From contig CATNEN010000026.1 of assembly GCA_950097015.1 (NCBI GenBank), positions 186,001 to 250,000 of the forward strand: a DNA stretch of 64,000 nt, read 5' to 3'. The notes under the pieces are model-generated. The model saw nothing but the letters and a program-made list of their open reading frames with translations, was not told where the DNA came from and searched no databases. The number at the start of each line of letters is the position of its first letter. Position 1 is the stretch's first letter. The translations under genes and the position numbers were made by a program. This stretch comes from Macrostomum hystrix. Taxonomy: Eukaryota; Animalia; Platyhelminthes. Positions 11,508-24,005 of the stretch are shown piece after piece.

Positions 11508-14500
11508 TCAGATGTCGTCGAAAAACTGAAATAGGAAAATCGTGCATTTCTTGGAAAAATTTCTTCGAAAAAACTGTGCTCATCTCTCACAGACTGTGCT
11601 CATCTCCCACCGACTGTGCTCATCTCCCACCGACTGTGCTCATCTCTCACCGAATGTGCTTATTTCCCACCGAATGTGCTTATTTCCCACCGAATGTGCT
11701 TATTTCCCACCGACTGCTTATTTCCCACCGTCTGTGCTTATCACCCACTGACTGTGCTCATCTCCCACTGACTGTGCTCATCTCCCACCGACTGTGCTCA
11801 TCTCCCACTGACTGTGCTCATCTTCCACCGACTATGCTCATCTCACACCGGCTGTACTCATCTCCCACTGACTGATCTCTAACCGACTGTGCTCATCCTC
11901 CACCGACTCAATCTTAAGACTCATCCCCAAATGACCCGGCTGACTCACCCCTCCGGCCGGGGCGGCGCTGGGGCCCCTGGTGACGCTGACACTCGTGCGG
12001 CTCTTGGAGCGGAACTTGGTGAGGCTCTGCTCGGCTACCTCGGCCCGCTCCTCGGACTCCTCCAGATCGTGCTGCACCTTGCGGAACTTGGCCAGGTTGA
12101 TGGCGGCGATCTCTTCGGCCTCCTCCACCTGGCGCTTGTAGGCCTTCACCTTGGACTGCAGCTTCTCAACCAGCTCCTGCAGCTTGGCCTGGTTCTTGCG
12201 CTCCTCGTCCGACTGCGTGACGGCGGCGGGGAGGGTATTTTATGTTTCTCCTAAACACACTGAGACAGACAGCTAGTGAACTCACAGCAAACGACAGCTC
12301 CTTGAGGCGACGGTCGGCCTTCCTGGCGTTCTTCTGGGTCTCCTGGTGACGGCGCTGCTCGGCGTCCAGCTCGGCCTCGAGGTCGCGCACCCGCGCCTCC
12401 AGCTTGGCCAGCTCCCGCTTGCCGCCCTTGGCGGCACCGCCCTCGGCAGCCTCCAGCCGGGCCTGCACCTCCTTCAGGGCGTTCTCCAACTGGCGCCGGG
12501 CCTTCTCGGCGTGCAGGGCGTGCTCCTGCTCGACGCGCACCTCGTCGGCAAGGCGCTGCGTGTCCAGGGCGGCCTTCTTGGCGCGCTCCTCGGCGTTGCG
12601 AGCCTCGTTGTGCTGCTCGTCCAGGTCGCCGCGCATGGCGTTGATGTCGGCCTCCAGCTTGCGCTTGGTGGCGCTCAGGGAGGCGTTGGCAGCGCTTAGC
12701 TCGCCGATGCGATCGGCGGCCTCCGCGCGCTCGGCTTCGGCGGCCTTGCGCGAACGCTCGGCCGACTCCAGCTGGGTGCGCAGCTCCTCAACCTCCGCAG
12801 AGAGCATGTTCAGCTTGCGCTCTACCGACATGGCCTGCTCGCGAGCGTCATCCCGCTGGCGCTGCTCGTCCTCCACTTGGGACTGCATCTCGCGCAGCTG
12901 CTGCTGGTACTTCTTCACGCTCTTGTCGGCTTCGGCGCGAGCCCTGTTGGCACTGTCCAGCGCCACCTCCAGCTCGTTGATGTCCTGCTCCAGCTTCTTC
13001 TTCTGGCGCTGCACCTCCGCCTTGCCCTTGGCCTCGGCGTCCACGGTGGCGGTCATGGAGTCCATGGCGCGCTGGTGGTTCTTGCGGGTGCTCTCGAACT
13101 CCTCCTCCTTCTCGGCGATGCGACGGTCGATGTCCTGGCGCACCTGAGCCAGCTCGAGCTGGGTGCGGGCCACCTTGGCCTCCTCCTGCTCCAGGGCGGC
13201 CTCGGCCTCCTCCAGAGCGGCCTGGAGCTCCTCCTTCTCCATCTCCAGACGGCGGCGGGCCTTGTCAACCTCGTGCACGTTGCGGCCACCTTCGCCCAGC
13301 TGCTCGGTGAGGTCGCGGATCTCGTCGGCGAGGCTCTTGTTCTCCCGGCGGACAGCCTCGGTCTGGTCGCGGGCCTCCTCCAGCTGGGCCTTCAACTTGA
13401 AGATCTCGGCGGAGTAGCCGCGGGACTCGCGCTGCGTGGACTCCAGATCGGCCTGGGAGCTCTGGTATTTCTGCTGCCACTCGGCCACGGTCTTGTCGAA
13501 GTTCTTCTGCTTCTTCTCCAGCTGAGAGGCCAGCACGGTGGAGCGCTCCAGGTCAACGGTGGCGTCCTCCAGCTCGGCCTGCAGACGGTTGCGGGCCTTC
13601 TCGACCTGGGCCAGCTTGGCCTTCGCGCTCTCCATCTCGTCCTGAAAACGGGGAAGGGCAGAGATAAGACTTCACATGCTCAAAATCAAATGGGCTGGAG
13701 CTAGAACCATATAAGAGCGTCCTGGTGGTGTGAAGTTAAAATTAAAATCAGACTGAAGGGTGAGGGTTAAAGATAAAAAGCGTGGTGGTGTGAAGTTAAA
13801 GTGACAATCGGAGTGGAAGTGTGAAATTAAGGATTAAAAACCGGACTCGAGGTGCGAAGTTCAAGAAACAGCTGGACTGGCTGGAAGTGGCAGTTTTTAG
13901 AAGAAAATCGGTCTGGAGGTGTGAAGTTAAACTGACAACCAAATTGGAAGTGGCCAGATAAGATAAGATTGAATATAAGAAACGTATTCGAGGTGTGAGG
14001 TTAAGTTTACAGTCGGACTAGAATTTGGGGGCGAAAAGCACCAAACGGGGATGATATAAAGTCCATTGAATTGAAGAATTCACAGCATAGATAAATGAAC
14101 TGAAACAGACTGGGAGCTAATTTATGAGAAAAGCATTTAAAATACCTACCTGGGCCTCCAGCAGCTTGGCCTGCAGGCGACGCTTGAGCTCTTCAACCTC
14201 CTCGCCGCCGCCGCCACCACCGCTCTCGTACTTGGAGCGCCACTGCTGCGCCTCGCCCTGGGCCTTGGCCAGCTGGCGCTGCAGCTCGGACTTGGCCTCC
14301 TGCTCCTCCTCCAGCTGCTCGCGGATCTGGTCCAGGTCGGCGCTCAGGTTGCGCACATCCGAGCTCAGCTTAGACTTCAGCCGGCTCTCGTCCTCCAGGT
14401 TGCGCCTGGCCTCCTCCAGCTGCTGGGTTAGCTGCTGCTTGGCCTTGGTGAGCTGGTTCAACTGAGCCTCGGCCTCCTCCAGCTTGCGGCCCAGCTCGCC

Positions 14501-17500
14501 GCCCTCCTGGGAGGCGCGGTTCTTCTGCGACTGCAGGTCGGCAATCTGGCGAGTGGCCTCGTCCAGGCGGGCCTGCAGATCGCCCAGCTGGCCGTCCAGG
14601 GTCTTGGCGTTCTTCTCAGCGTTGGCCTTGGCCTTGCTGATGTGCTCGAGCTGCGAGTGCAGATCGTCCAGCTCGGACTTGAACTGCGACTTCTCCTTCT
14701 CAACCTTGGCTTTGGCCTTCTGCAGCTGGTCGACCTGCTCCGAGAGCTCGTTGACGGCGTCCTGCTGTTTCTTGCGCAGCTGCTGCACCACCTGTTCGTG
14801 CTGCAGCACATTGTCCTCCATCTCACGGCGCAGTTTCAGCAGCTCGGACTCGCGCTTCTTGTTCAGCTCCTGTTGAGCGACGGTGGCGCCGCCCTGCTCC
14901 TCCAGCTTGTCAGCGACGTCCTCGAGCTCAGCCTCAACCTGCTGGCGCTGCTTCTCGGCCTTGGACCGGGCCTGGCGCTCGGACTCCAGCTCCTCCTCCA
15001 GCTCCTGGATGCGAGCCTGCAGCTCCTTGATCTTGCGCTGCAGCTGGGCGATGATGCCCTGCTCGTCCTCAACTTTGTTGTGCAGGCTGTTCAGCTCGGC
15101 GTCCTTGCGCTTGATCTGCTCCTCCATGTCGCGCTTGACCCGCTCCAGATCCTCGACGGTCTCCTGGGTCATCTTGAGGTCGCCCTCGATCTTGCGCTTC
15201 ACCTTCTCAACATCGGCGCGGATCTTCTTCTCCTTCTCCAGCTGCTCCTCCATCTCGTCCAGGTTGTGCTCCAGCTTCTGCTTCAGCTTGTTCAGGTTGT
15301 TGACCTTCTCCTCCTCGGCTGCTAGGGCATCCTGGGTCTGCTTGATGGTTTCCTCGTGAGCCTTCTTCTCCTTCTGCAGCTTGGCAATGGACTCGTCCTG
15401 GCGGGCCATCTCATCCTGCAGGGTGCGGATTTGGTTCTCCTTGCTCTGCTTCTCCTGCTCGGACTTCTGCAGGTTCTTCTCCAGGTCCTCGATGTCCTTC
15501 TTCAATTCGTTGACCTCGCCTTCCATCTTCTTCTTGACGCCCTCAAGCTCGGTGGCAGCGTCCTCCTCGTCCAACAGGCGGTCCTCCAGCTCCTTGATCT
15601 GGGTCTCGTAGTCGGCCTTCTGCTTGATGAGGTTCTCGATCTTCTCCTCGGCGTCGGAAAGAGTGTCCTGCTCAGCCTGCAGCTGCAGGAAGATATCGTT
15701 CTTCTGCTGCAGCAGAGTCACGTTCTGCTCCTCGAGCTCCTTCTTCAGCTTCTCCATCTTCTCGTATTCCTCCTTGAACTTGGCGAGCTCTTCGGCGGCC
15801 TTCTTCATCTCCTCCTCCTGGCGAGCGACGTTGAGCATGGGCTTGACCTTGAGGTACAGGCGCCACCACTCCCAGTTCTTGAGCTGCAGGTGCTTGCGTA
15901 CGTTCCTCTGGATGATGCTGAGGGCGGTGCGCTGGTCCTGCAGCTTCTTGTGCTTCTTGCGCATCATGTAGCCGCGGATCTGGGCCTGGAACAGGGCGAT
16001 GATGCGGCTCAGCTTCTCGTCGCGGATGTCCTCGAGCTCGGCCAGCACGCCGGCTTTGAAGAAGATCTTGGTGTTACCCAGGCGGTACTGCTGCTTGTCC
16101 AGCTGGACGGCCTCCAGGATCTTGCCGCTGACGGCCTTGCCCTCGACGAAGCCCTCCGGAATGACATTGGGGGCCAAGATCGAGTAGCTGCAATTTTGTT
16201 GGGTGACGTGGGCACTCTGATACTGCATCTATAAGGCTTCAGGTTCAATCCTACCAGACTACAGGGCATAAAAGTGTACTCACCGCTGCTTGAACTCGGA
16301 GTAGATCATCCTGTTGGGGAAGCCCTTGCGGCAGATACGGATGCCCTCGAGCACACCGTTGCAGTGAAGCTGGTGCAGCACTAGGTGGGCGTCGACAACA
16401 CCGCTCTGCTTGAACTCGTTCGGCACAATGCAACGGATGAAGTTGGGCGATGTGCTGTGCAGGTTCTTCATCAGCTTGTTCAGCGACTCCTGCAAAACAA
16501 TATCAGAGTCATTTTTTCCTTCAAGTTTTACTCAATGACAGGTGCTTTAGAGTTATTATGGCTAAGCGTTCGCACTCAGAACTTACACGGTGAGTAGCCG
16601 AGATAGTCTGCATGCCGCCACCCTTGCGCTTCTTGCCAGACTTGTCCGAGGCGTCTATAAAATGAGCATAAATTTATTGTCGTAAGGCAAACTGAGCGAG
16701 CATGCACTTTAAGGCAGACTTTAATCAACTCAAGTCTATAAGTTCTAGTTTATCCCACCGCTGCCACCTTCGAGGACATCAGCAAGCAATGCTATCTCGA
16801 TTGCATCGGTCTCTAAGATTACATAGATTTGCCGAACGACCATCTTCGCACAATTGGTTGACTCACCATCCGGCGGCGGGAAGAACAGCGCCACCAGGTG
16901 CTCCTTGCTGCCGCTCAGCACGCCAATCACACTCTCGTTCAGCGGGTCCTTGTTGCGCTCCAGCCAGCCGGTGATGTTGTAGCCGACGGTGCCGGCGTAG
17001 TGGTGCAGCTCGAAGTGGGCCTCGGCCTTGCCGGGCTTCGGCGGCTTCGGCTTGCCAAAGTTCGGCGACTTTCCCAGGTGGTTGTCGTACAGCTTGTTCT
17101 TGAAGGTGGTGTCGGAGGCCTTCGGGAACATGCACTCCTCCTCCAGGATGGACAGGATGCCCATGGGCTTCTCGATCAGCTCGATGCAAGCGGCGAGGTC
17201 CATGCCGAAGTCGATGAACTCCCAGTCGATGGCCTCCTTCTTGTACTCCTCCTGCTCCAGCACGAACATGTGGTGGTTGAAGAACTGCTGCAGGCGCTCG
17301 TTGGTGTAGTTGATGCAGATCTGCTCGAAGCCGTTGAAGTCGAAGATCTCGAAGCCGGCGATATCCAGCACGCCAATGAAGTATTGGCGCTTGGCCTTGG
17401 TATCCAGCGTCTGGTTGACGCGGTTGACCAGCCAGCCGAACATGCGGTTGTATAGAGACTTGGCCAGGGCGTTCACGGAAAACGTCACCTGCTCCAGAGT

Positions 17501-20500
17501 CTGGCCCTTGGTAACGTAGTCGTTGCCGACCTTCACCTTTGGCTTCAGGATGGCCTGCAGCAGGTCCTTGGCGTTCACGCCGAGCAGGAAGGCGACCTTC
17601 TCGGCCTCGGCGGTGCCGTCGGACTCAGCCTGCTCCTCGCGCGGTCTCTGCTTGAACTTCATCTCGCCCATGTTGAGAATCGCGCAGGTGGACTTAAACA
17701 TGCCGTTTTTCTCGTCGGCTGAGAAGCCCAGAATGTCAATGGCCTCGTCAGTCAGCTTCATCTCCTCGGCGTCGTCCACACCGTCGATGGCCAGCTCGCC
17801 CTGGTTGATGAAGGAGTACAGGGCCGGGTCAGCGGTGACGAGCAGCTTATCGTGCCACTGCTTGCCATAGCTGGACAGCAGCTGGTAGAAGATGTGGTAG
17901 TTGCGCTCGCCGCTCATCTGCGAGGTGACGCGAGACTTCTCCAGCAGGTCTGCGGAGGAGTTAGGGCGCGGTAGGTTGTTTTGGCGAGTTCTCACAGTAT
18001 TTTGCTAGATTGCTATTTTCCTACTATCAGTAGTGTTGTTAAAATATGAAGCGCTCACAGAACTCGATATCGGCACCGGCGATCTTGCCAGTCGGGCCGA
18101 AGTGGATGCGAATGAACTTTCCCTACAAATGGCGCAATTTGAGAAGTTTTCTGATTGTCTTGCTGGGCAACAGTATTGCATTTATTTCGCATATTAGCGC
18201 TAACTTACGAAACGGGATGAGTTGTTGTTCCTGACAGTCTTGGCATTACCGTAGGCCTCCAGCACAGGGTTGGCCTGCACAATCTGCTCCTCGAGGGAGC
18301 CCTGGACATTGTGGAAGGAATGCATCGAAAATATTTTAGATTGTTTGTAACAAAAACGTTTTATACAGCATTCAAAAGGGTTACATGCTGGTAAGACCAT
18401 CTGTGTGCATTTGAAAGGAAAAGTAGGTTTTGGGCAAATATTAAATGTTAAGGTAAAAGTATAATTGCCTTCGATAAACTTCCTAGTATAAATGGGCAGT
18501 TTGAAAAAAATGGGCAGAAACCTGGCTATTCACTTGAATCATTCATTTAAAATAAAATTTCGTTATAAAATAAGATCATTCACAGGTAAGAATTAAATTG
18601 CATTTGAGATGCGAAAGTGCATCTTATAATGTGAAGGTTAAACGATAGCAAAAAGTACGAATAATAGCACCGCGATAAATCCCTGCGTAATAATACTCTC
18701 CCTACCAATCAGCTTTCTGAGAGGAGCGAGTTTAGCCAATCAGACAGCAGAATTTTACCCTTCTACCCCATTAGTGTACATGCGCTAGCCAATCAGCCAA
18801 CATACTTTTACCCTTCTTCCCCATTAGTGTACATGCGCTAGCCAATCAGCCAACATACTTCTCTACCCTTCTATCCCTTCTTTTTACACACGCTAGACAA
18901 TCGCCAGAAAAACCAAGGAAATACTTACGCTCTCTTATTCCTTAAAATCTAAGTTCAGAATCGACAGATTTTTCAGAACCCCACAATCAGGTATGCACAT
19001 GCTTCAGTTCGTTCAATAAAGAGAACATCTGATTTAAAAAGCAAAAATGGGTAAAGATTTCGCGAGCTGGAACACAATGGACAAGTGGGCGCGTCTGCGG
19101 TTTCATCGCCAAACCTTCTTGGAGTCGGTGGTCTCGGCGGCGTCCTTGGTCTGGGTGAGGGCCGTCAGCTGGGCGAAGTACGAGATGACCTTCTTGGTGT
19201 TCTCAGTCTTACCGGCACCGCTCTCGCCGCTAGATTTTCAGTATTTTTGTATGCGAATTGCAATTAAAATAATATATTTTAAGCTGGCAGTTAAGCAATA
19301 AAGTATTCTCACATGCCTTTTTTTACTTTTCAAGCGCTAATTTGCTATCTTTGCCAGCTTTGCTATGACAGAAAAACAAAATATGAAGCAGAAACAGTTT
19401 AAAATAAACAAGCAAGCAACCGATTAGCAATGGTGTGCAGCCGTTAAAAGTACAGTACGAGAATTTAATAAAGCCACTGCTATTTGGTAAGCATTAAAAT
19501 TCAAAGGTAATTAAATATTTTGTTTGTGGGTTGGGGCGACTTAATTTAGCCACCGTTTCAGTGAAAGTGTACACAGTATGAAGACAACAATGTCTTCAAC
19601 AAGGCAGGTGTAGACTTCTGTGTGAATGTGTGCTTGAGTAACTTATTTGCTCAGGGGTCAGCGGAATGGGCAGAATTGCCTTCTCGCTGGCTGCTAGTCG
19701 TCCAATGCTTCGCCGGTACCCATTGCCCAAAGCGAACATTTTTTTGTTATAATACTCGCTTTGACCGATTACCGAGTAGTTTCCTAGACTTAACCGTTAT
19801 TCTAATCCATCACTTTGGGGGTCGGTGGCAGAGCGGTTAACGCGTTTGCCTCTCGCACCAAGGTCCCTAAGTTCGATTCCACGGCGAGGCCACATTTATT
19901 TGGGGCGCAGCCGCGGAGAGAAGGCTTGGGGGCTTGTCGTGCAATTTACGCCCTTGAGGGCCAACCTCCAAGGCACAGTGAAGTGTACACTGCCTGACGA
20001 TGAGAAAGTCAGGGCAGATGTACACACCTGTGTGAGCGTGTGCCTGCGTACGGTATCTGTGTGCGTGCGTGCTCAGGAGTCAGCGGAATGGGCAGAATTG
20101 CCTGCTCGCTGGCTGCGGGTCCAGTGTCACTAAATGATGTACCATTGCCTACAGCCCTCCTGCAATTATTATTATAAATCCATCAATTTCACAAAAATGG
20201 ATATTCAACAGCTGAAATTTAAATAAGGGGAACAGAATGACCAACCTTGTTTACAGTAATTAGTAAACGTAATAAGACAAGCATATTTTTGAGTGCGTGA
20301 CACTACTGGTTCAAAGGACCAAAGCTAATAATTATTGACATCAGAAGGCAAAACTTAAAAAATATTGGACATCGATTGACTCACGTGATCAGCACGGACT
20401 GGTTCTCGCGCTCTGCAATTGGTCAGTGTTAATTTGGGGTTGGTGATTTCTAGGAAATGTTTTTAAATTAACGCGCATAAAAATTTAAAGCCGGAATTTT

Positions 20501-21569
20501 TTAAGTATAATGTACTACGATCTCGCTGCTCACCCTGCAACATGTTGGAGTAGGCGTTGTCGGAGATGGCGAAAGCGTGCGGCGGCATCTCAGTCTTTCG
20601 CTTGCCCTTGTACTTTAGCACCACGCTGTTGGTGTAGATTGGCAGTCGCTTGTAGGGATTCACCACCACGCAGAACAGGCCGGAGTAGGTCTGCAGAATA
20701 AATAATAATTGCAAGAGGGCTGTAAGCAGTGGCGCATCATTTGGTGGCACTAGACCAGCGAGGAGGCAATTCTGCCCATTTCGCTGACTCCCATCTTGTC
20801 CCCCAAGCACACACGCACACAGATACTGTAAGCAGGCACACGCTCACACAGGTGTGTACATCTGCCCTGACTTTCTCATCGTCAGGCAGTGTACACTCTC
20901 ATTGTGCCTTGGAGGTCGGCCCTCAATGTGATAAATTGCACGACAAGCCCGAAATAAATGTGGCCTCGCCGTAGAATCGAAGTCAGGGATCTTATGGTGC
21001 GAGAGGCAAACGCGTCAGACAGCTCTGCCTCTCATGTCCCTAGATCTACTAACTCATCATCATAGGACTGGGCTCTGAAAGCACATCTGAGCTCAACACA
21101 GTAGCCATGCGGCAGCCCACTCACGTAGATGAGCATCTTGAAGTAGCGCTGGCGCAGGTTGTGCAGCACGGAAGCGTCGTTCAAGAAGGTCAAGTTGGCC
21201 ATGTCCTCGAACAGCTCAAACTTGGGCGGATTCATCTGCTGAATGTCGTCCTCCTTCAGTACTTTCTCCTGCAGGACGAGCACAATAGAAATTCGTTTAT
21301 GCATTCATGGGCATCACTACTGTAAGTAGCACGCGAGATATCTAAGCATCTTTGTCATAAACAAAACACACCTCGCCCTTCTCGGTCTTGACGGTGACTT
21401 TGCCGCCATCGCGCGAGATTACATCACCCTTGACGTAGCCCTCCTTTTCGTCTGGGCACCAGCAGACCTTCTTGGAGTCGAAGGTGGCGTTGGCGCTCTC
21501 CTTCAGCAGGGCCTTGCGGTCCACGCCGAGGTACTTGAAGTCCGGATCGTTGGGATCTAGACCGGACAT
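11508..21569 (-). CDS. Mhc: Muscle myosin II heavy chain, about 1943 aa, 14 coding exons
   Basis: Phase-consistent GT-AG exons: 21569-21372, 21268-21125, 20690-20534, 20412-20385, 19229-19115, 18301-18209, 18122-18059, 17949-16867, 16654-16587, 16489-16284, 16187-14150, 13641-12286, 12212-11949, 11525-11508 (FFDDI*), 5832 nt in total. Motifs: P-loop GESGAGKT, switch I NNNSSRFGKF, switch [29 protein letters not shown] region and a long coiled-coil rod. The last 18-nt exon is the least certain. Confidence 0.96.
11574..11910 (+). repeat. M20 minisatellite array in the last myosin intron
   Basis: Degenerate M20 units between the myosin donor at 11948 and the acceptor at 11526. Confidence 0.9.
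19600..19740 (+). mobile_element. Degenerate 3' fragment of SINE family A
   Basis: GCTCAGGGGTCAGCGGAATGGGCAGAATTGCCTTCTCGCTGGCTGC matches the family A tail. Confidence 0.7.
19817..20175 (+). mobile_element. tRNA-derived SINE family A, full length (~360 bp)
   Basis: Pol III A box TGGCAGAGCGG and B box GTTCGATTCC (19871-19880), (ATT)n tail. Related copies lie at 20700-21032(-), 34060-34505(+), 42289-42645(+), 46620-48245(+, split) and 61290-61610(-). Confidence 0.9.
20700..21032 (-). mobile_element. SINE family A copy in myosin intron 2
   Basis: Reverse complement aligns to 19817-20175, with small deletions. Confidence 0.88.
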
Positions 21570-21649
21570 TGCTGCTGGGATTGGGAAAATTATAGAATAT
21601 TCGAGTATTTATTGGCGCAATTTATTAAACTCAAGTGAACGAGTAAGAA

Positions 21650-23016
21650 TGGAATCGTGAGCGATTGAAATGTGAATCGTGAACAAGTCAGACTGGGAAT
21701 CGTGAACGAGTGAGAATGGAATCGTGAGTGATTGAATTGTGAATCGTGAACAAGTCAGACTGGGAATTGTGAACGAGTGAATGGGGAATCGTGAGAGACT
21801 GAATGGGGAATCGTGAGCGACTGAATGGAGAATCGTGAACGAGTGAATGGGGAATCGTGAGCGACTGAATGGGGAATCGTGAACGACTGAATGGGGAATC
21901 GTGAGCGACTGAATGGGGAACCGTGAGCGACTGAATGGGGAATCGTGAGCGACTGAATGGGGAATCGTGAGCGACTGAATGGGGAATCGTGAGCGACTGA
22001 ATGGAGAATCGTGAACGAGTGAATGGGGAATCGTGAACGAGTGAATGGGGAATCGTGAGCGACTGAATGGAGAATCGTGAGCGACTGAATGGGGAATCGT
22101 GAGCGACTGAATGGGGAATCGTGAGCGACTGAATGGGGAATCGTGAGCGACTGAATGGGGAATCGTGAGCGACTGAATGGAGAATCGTGAGCGACTGAAT
22201 AGGGAACCGTGAGCGACTGAATGGGGAATCGTGAGCGACTGAATGGGGAATCGTGAGCGACTGAATGGGGAATCGTGAGCGACTGAATGGAGAATCGTGA
22301 ACGAGTGAATGGGGAATCGTGAACGAGTGAATGGAGAATCGTGAGCGACTGAATGGGGAATCGTGAGCGACTGAATGGGGAATCGTGAGCGACTGAATGG
22401 GGAATCGTGAGCGACTGAATGGGGAATCGTGAGCGACTGAATGGGGAATCGTGAGCGACTGAATGGAGAATCGTGAGCGACTGAATGGGGAATCGTGAGC
22501 GACTGAATGGGGAATCGTGAGCGACTGAATGGGGAATCGTGAGCGACTGAATAGGGAATCGTGAACGAGTGAATGGGGAATCGTGAACGAGTGAATGGGG
22601 AATCGTGAGCGACTGAATGGAGAATCGTGAACGAGTGAATGGGGAATCGTGAGCGACTGAATGGAGAATCGTGAGCGACTGAATGGGGAATCGTGAGCGA
22701 CTGAATGGGGAATCGTGAGCGACTGAATGGGGAATCGTGAGCGACTGAATGGGGAATCGTGAGCGACTGAATGGAGAATCGTGAGCGACTGAATGGGGAA
22801 TCGTGAGCGACTGAATGGGGAATCGTGAGCGACTGAATGGGGAATCGTGAGCGACTGAATAGGGAATCGTGAACGAGTGAATGGGGAATCGTGAACGAGT
22901 GAATGGGGAATCGTGAACGAGTGAATGGGGAATCGTGAACGAGTGAGACTGGGAATCGTGAACGAGTGAATGGGGAATCGTGAACGAGTGAGACTGGGAA
23001 TCGTGAACGAGTGAAT
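21650..23016. repeat. 22-bp minisatellite (AATCGTGAGCGACTGAATGGGG)n in the presumed myosin 5' UTR intron
   Basis: 22-aa/3-unit periodicity of ORF 21609-23057. A minus-strand CAG|GTAAGC donor lies at 23071. Confidence 0.95.
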
Positions 23017-23822
23017 GCTAGCACAAAGCGAAGAACAATAATTATATCACGAAGCACAACCAGTCGCTTACCTGTTTAAGTCGAATTAGAAAAGAGCTTC
23101 TTAAAACCAAAACTGAAATTCACTGCACTGAAAAGTATGATAAGAAATTCCGCTAAGTTCGAATTTTCTAGCGCTGGGCAACAGAACAAGAGAAGCTGGC
23201 GAGAGCCACCGCGCGGCTGACAGGCAAAGAGGGCCGGTTTGGATTAGGCCGAATTCCGCAGCTTTTATGACAATGGCCGAGGTCAGCACCGGAGGGTGGG
23301 GTTGGCGGCTGGATGGAGACATTCAAAATTATCGATCGGAGAGAAAGAGAGAGAGGGTGAGAGGGAGAAAGTGAAGACAATTGCGCAAATGCTGAATGCT
23401 AATATCTGCTAAGATTCAAAAGGTCAACAGAGTTTTGTAAAAAAAAACACATGCGCAAATCGACGGTGGCGACGGAGGTGGGGCGGGCGCCAGGTGGGTC
23501 GGGATTTGCATTTTCTAGGAAATCGATTTGCTCCCGAAACAGTAACTGAAAGAGGAAACAGAATCTCGGTCTGATGCAGCGACATTTCAAAAGAGGCGGG
23601 GAGGCAAGGGGCACAAAATGTTGCGCGACATTTTATGCGTGTAACAGGGATGCGAAAAGGAGTTTTTCTGGGTCATGTTCTAGATTTTTCTCTTTTTTGC
23701 AAGTTGGTTACGACTTTTTTTAACTTGAGAAGGCTGGATGGATGCCTTAGAAAATATTTTGCTTTTTCATCGCAGATTCTTGGTGAGTGAACTAGTGAAA
23801 TTGTTTTCAATTCGGTATCTTG

Positions 23823-24005
23823 TCGTTCGGTGGTTTGAGCGTCGGTCTCGCGACTTGCTTTTAGGTCTGGGGTTCGAGTCATGACTCGACTGGAACACTT
23901 GCTGTCTTTAAGCGAGACACTCAAATCTTAACCAGCTCATCCAGCTGTTACATTGTTAGTAGCATTAGCTGGGGTCCATGGACTGAACAGCCGTACGCGG
24001 CAGCA
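23823..24005 (+). mobile_element. SINE family B (tRNA head, V/Meta-domain-like core), degenerate copy
   Basis: GAGCGTCGG...GGTTCGAGTC head, GAGACACTC...CAGCTG core and GTCCATGGACTGAACAGCCGTAC tail shared with 57129-57345. Confidence 0.75.

Larger units (their letters stand above)
3777..11620. repeat. Near-identical 3.9-kb tandem segmental duplication (copy 1 3777-7673, copy 2 7674-11591)
   Basis: Identical ORFs recur at offsets 3897 (3934/7831, 4629/8526), 3917 (5397/9314) and 3918 (6908/10826). The offset shifts equal one extra 20-bp unit plus a 1-bp indel. A 29-bp shared sequence occurs at 3777-3805, 7674-7702 and 11592-11620. Confidence 0.95.

Noticed and set aside
1906-11875. Numerous long ORFs (MERQRV.., [20 protein letters not shown]..)
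   Set aside because: These are translations of 33-bp and 20-bp minisatellites, open in several frames and on both strands.
11889-17870. Long plus-strand ORFs overlapping myosin
   Set aside because: Antisense shadows caused by strong GC3 codon bias.
19983-20025. Hammerhead-like words CTGACGA...GAAA-GTC in SINE-A (CTGATGAG in the 42.46k copy)
   Set aside because: There is no helix II or III, so a hammerhead cannot fold. The segment is better explained as a simple hairpin GTGTACA-CTGCC-TGAC/GTCA-GGGCAG-A-TGTACAC.
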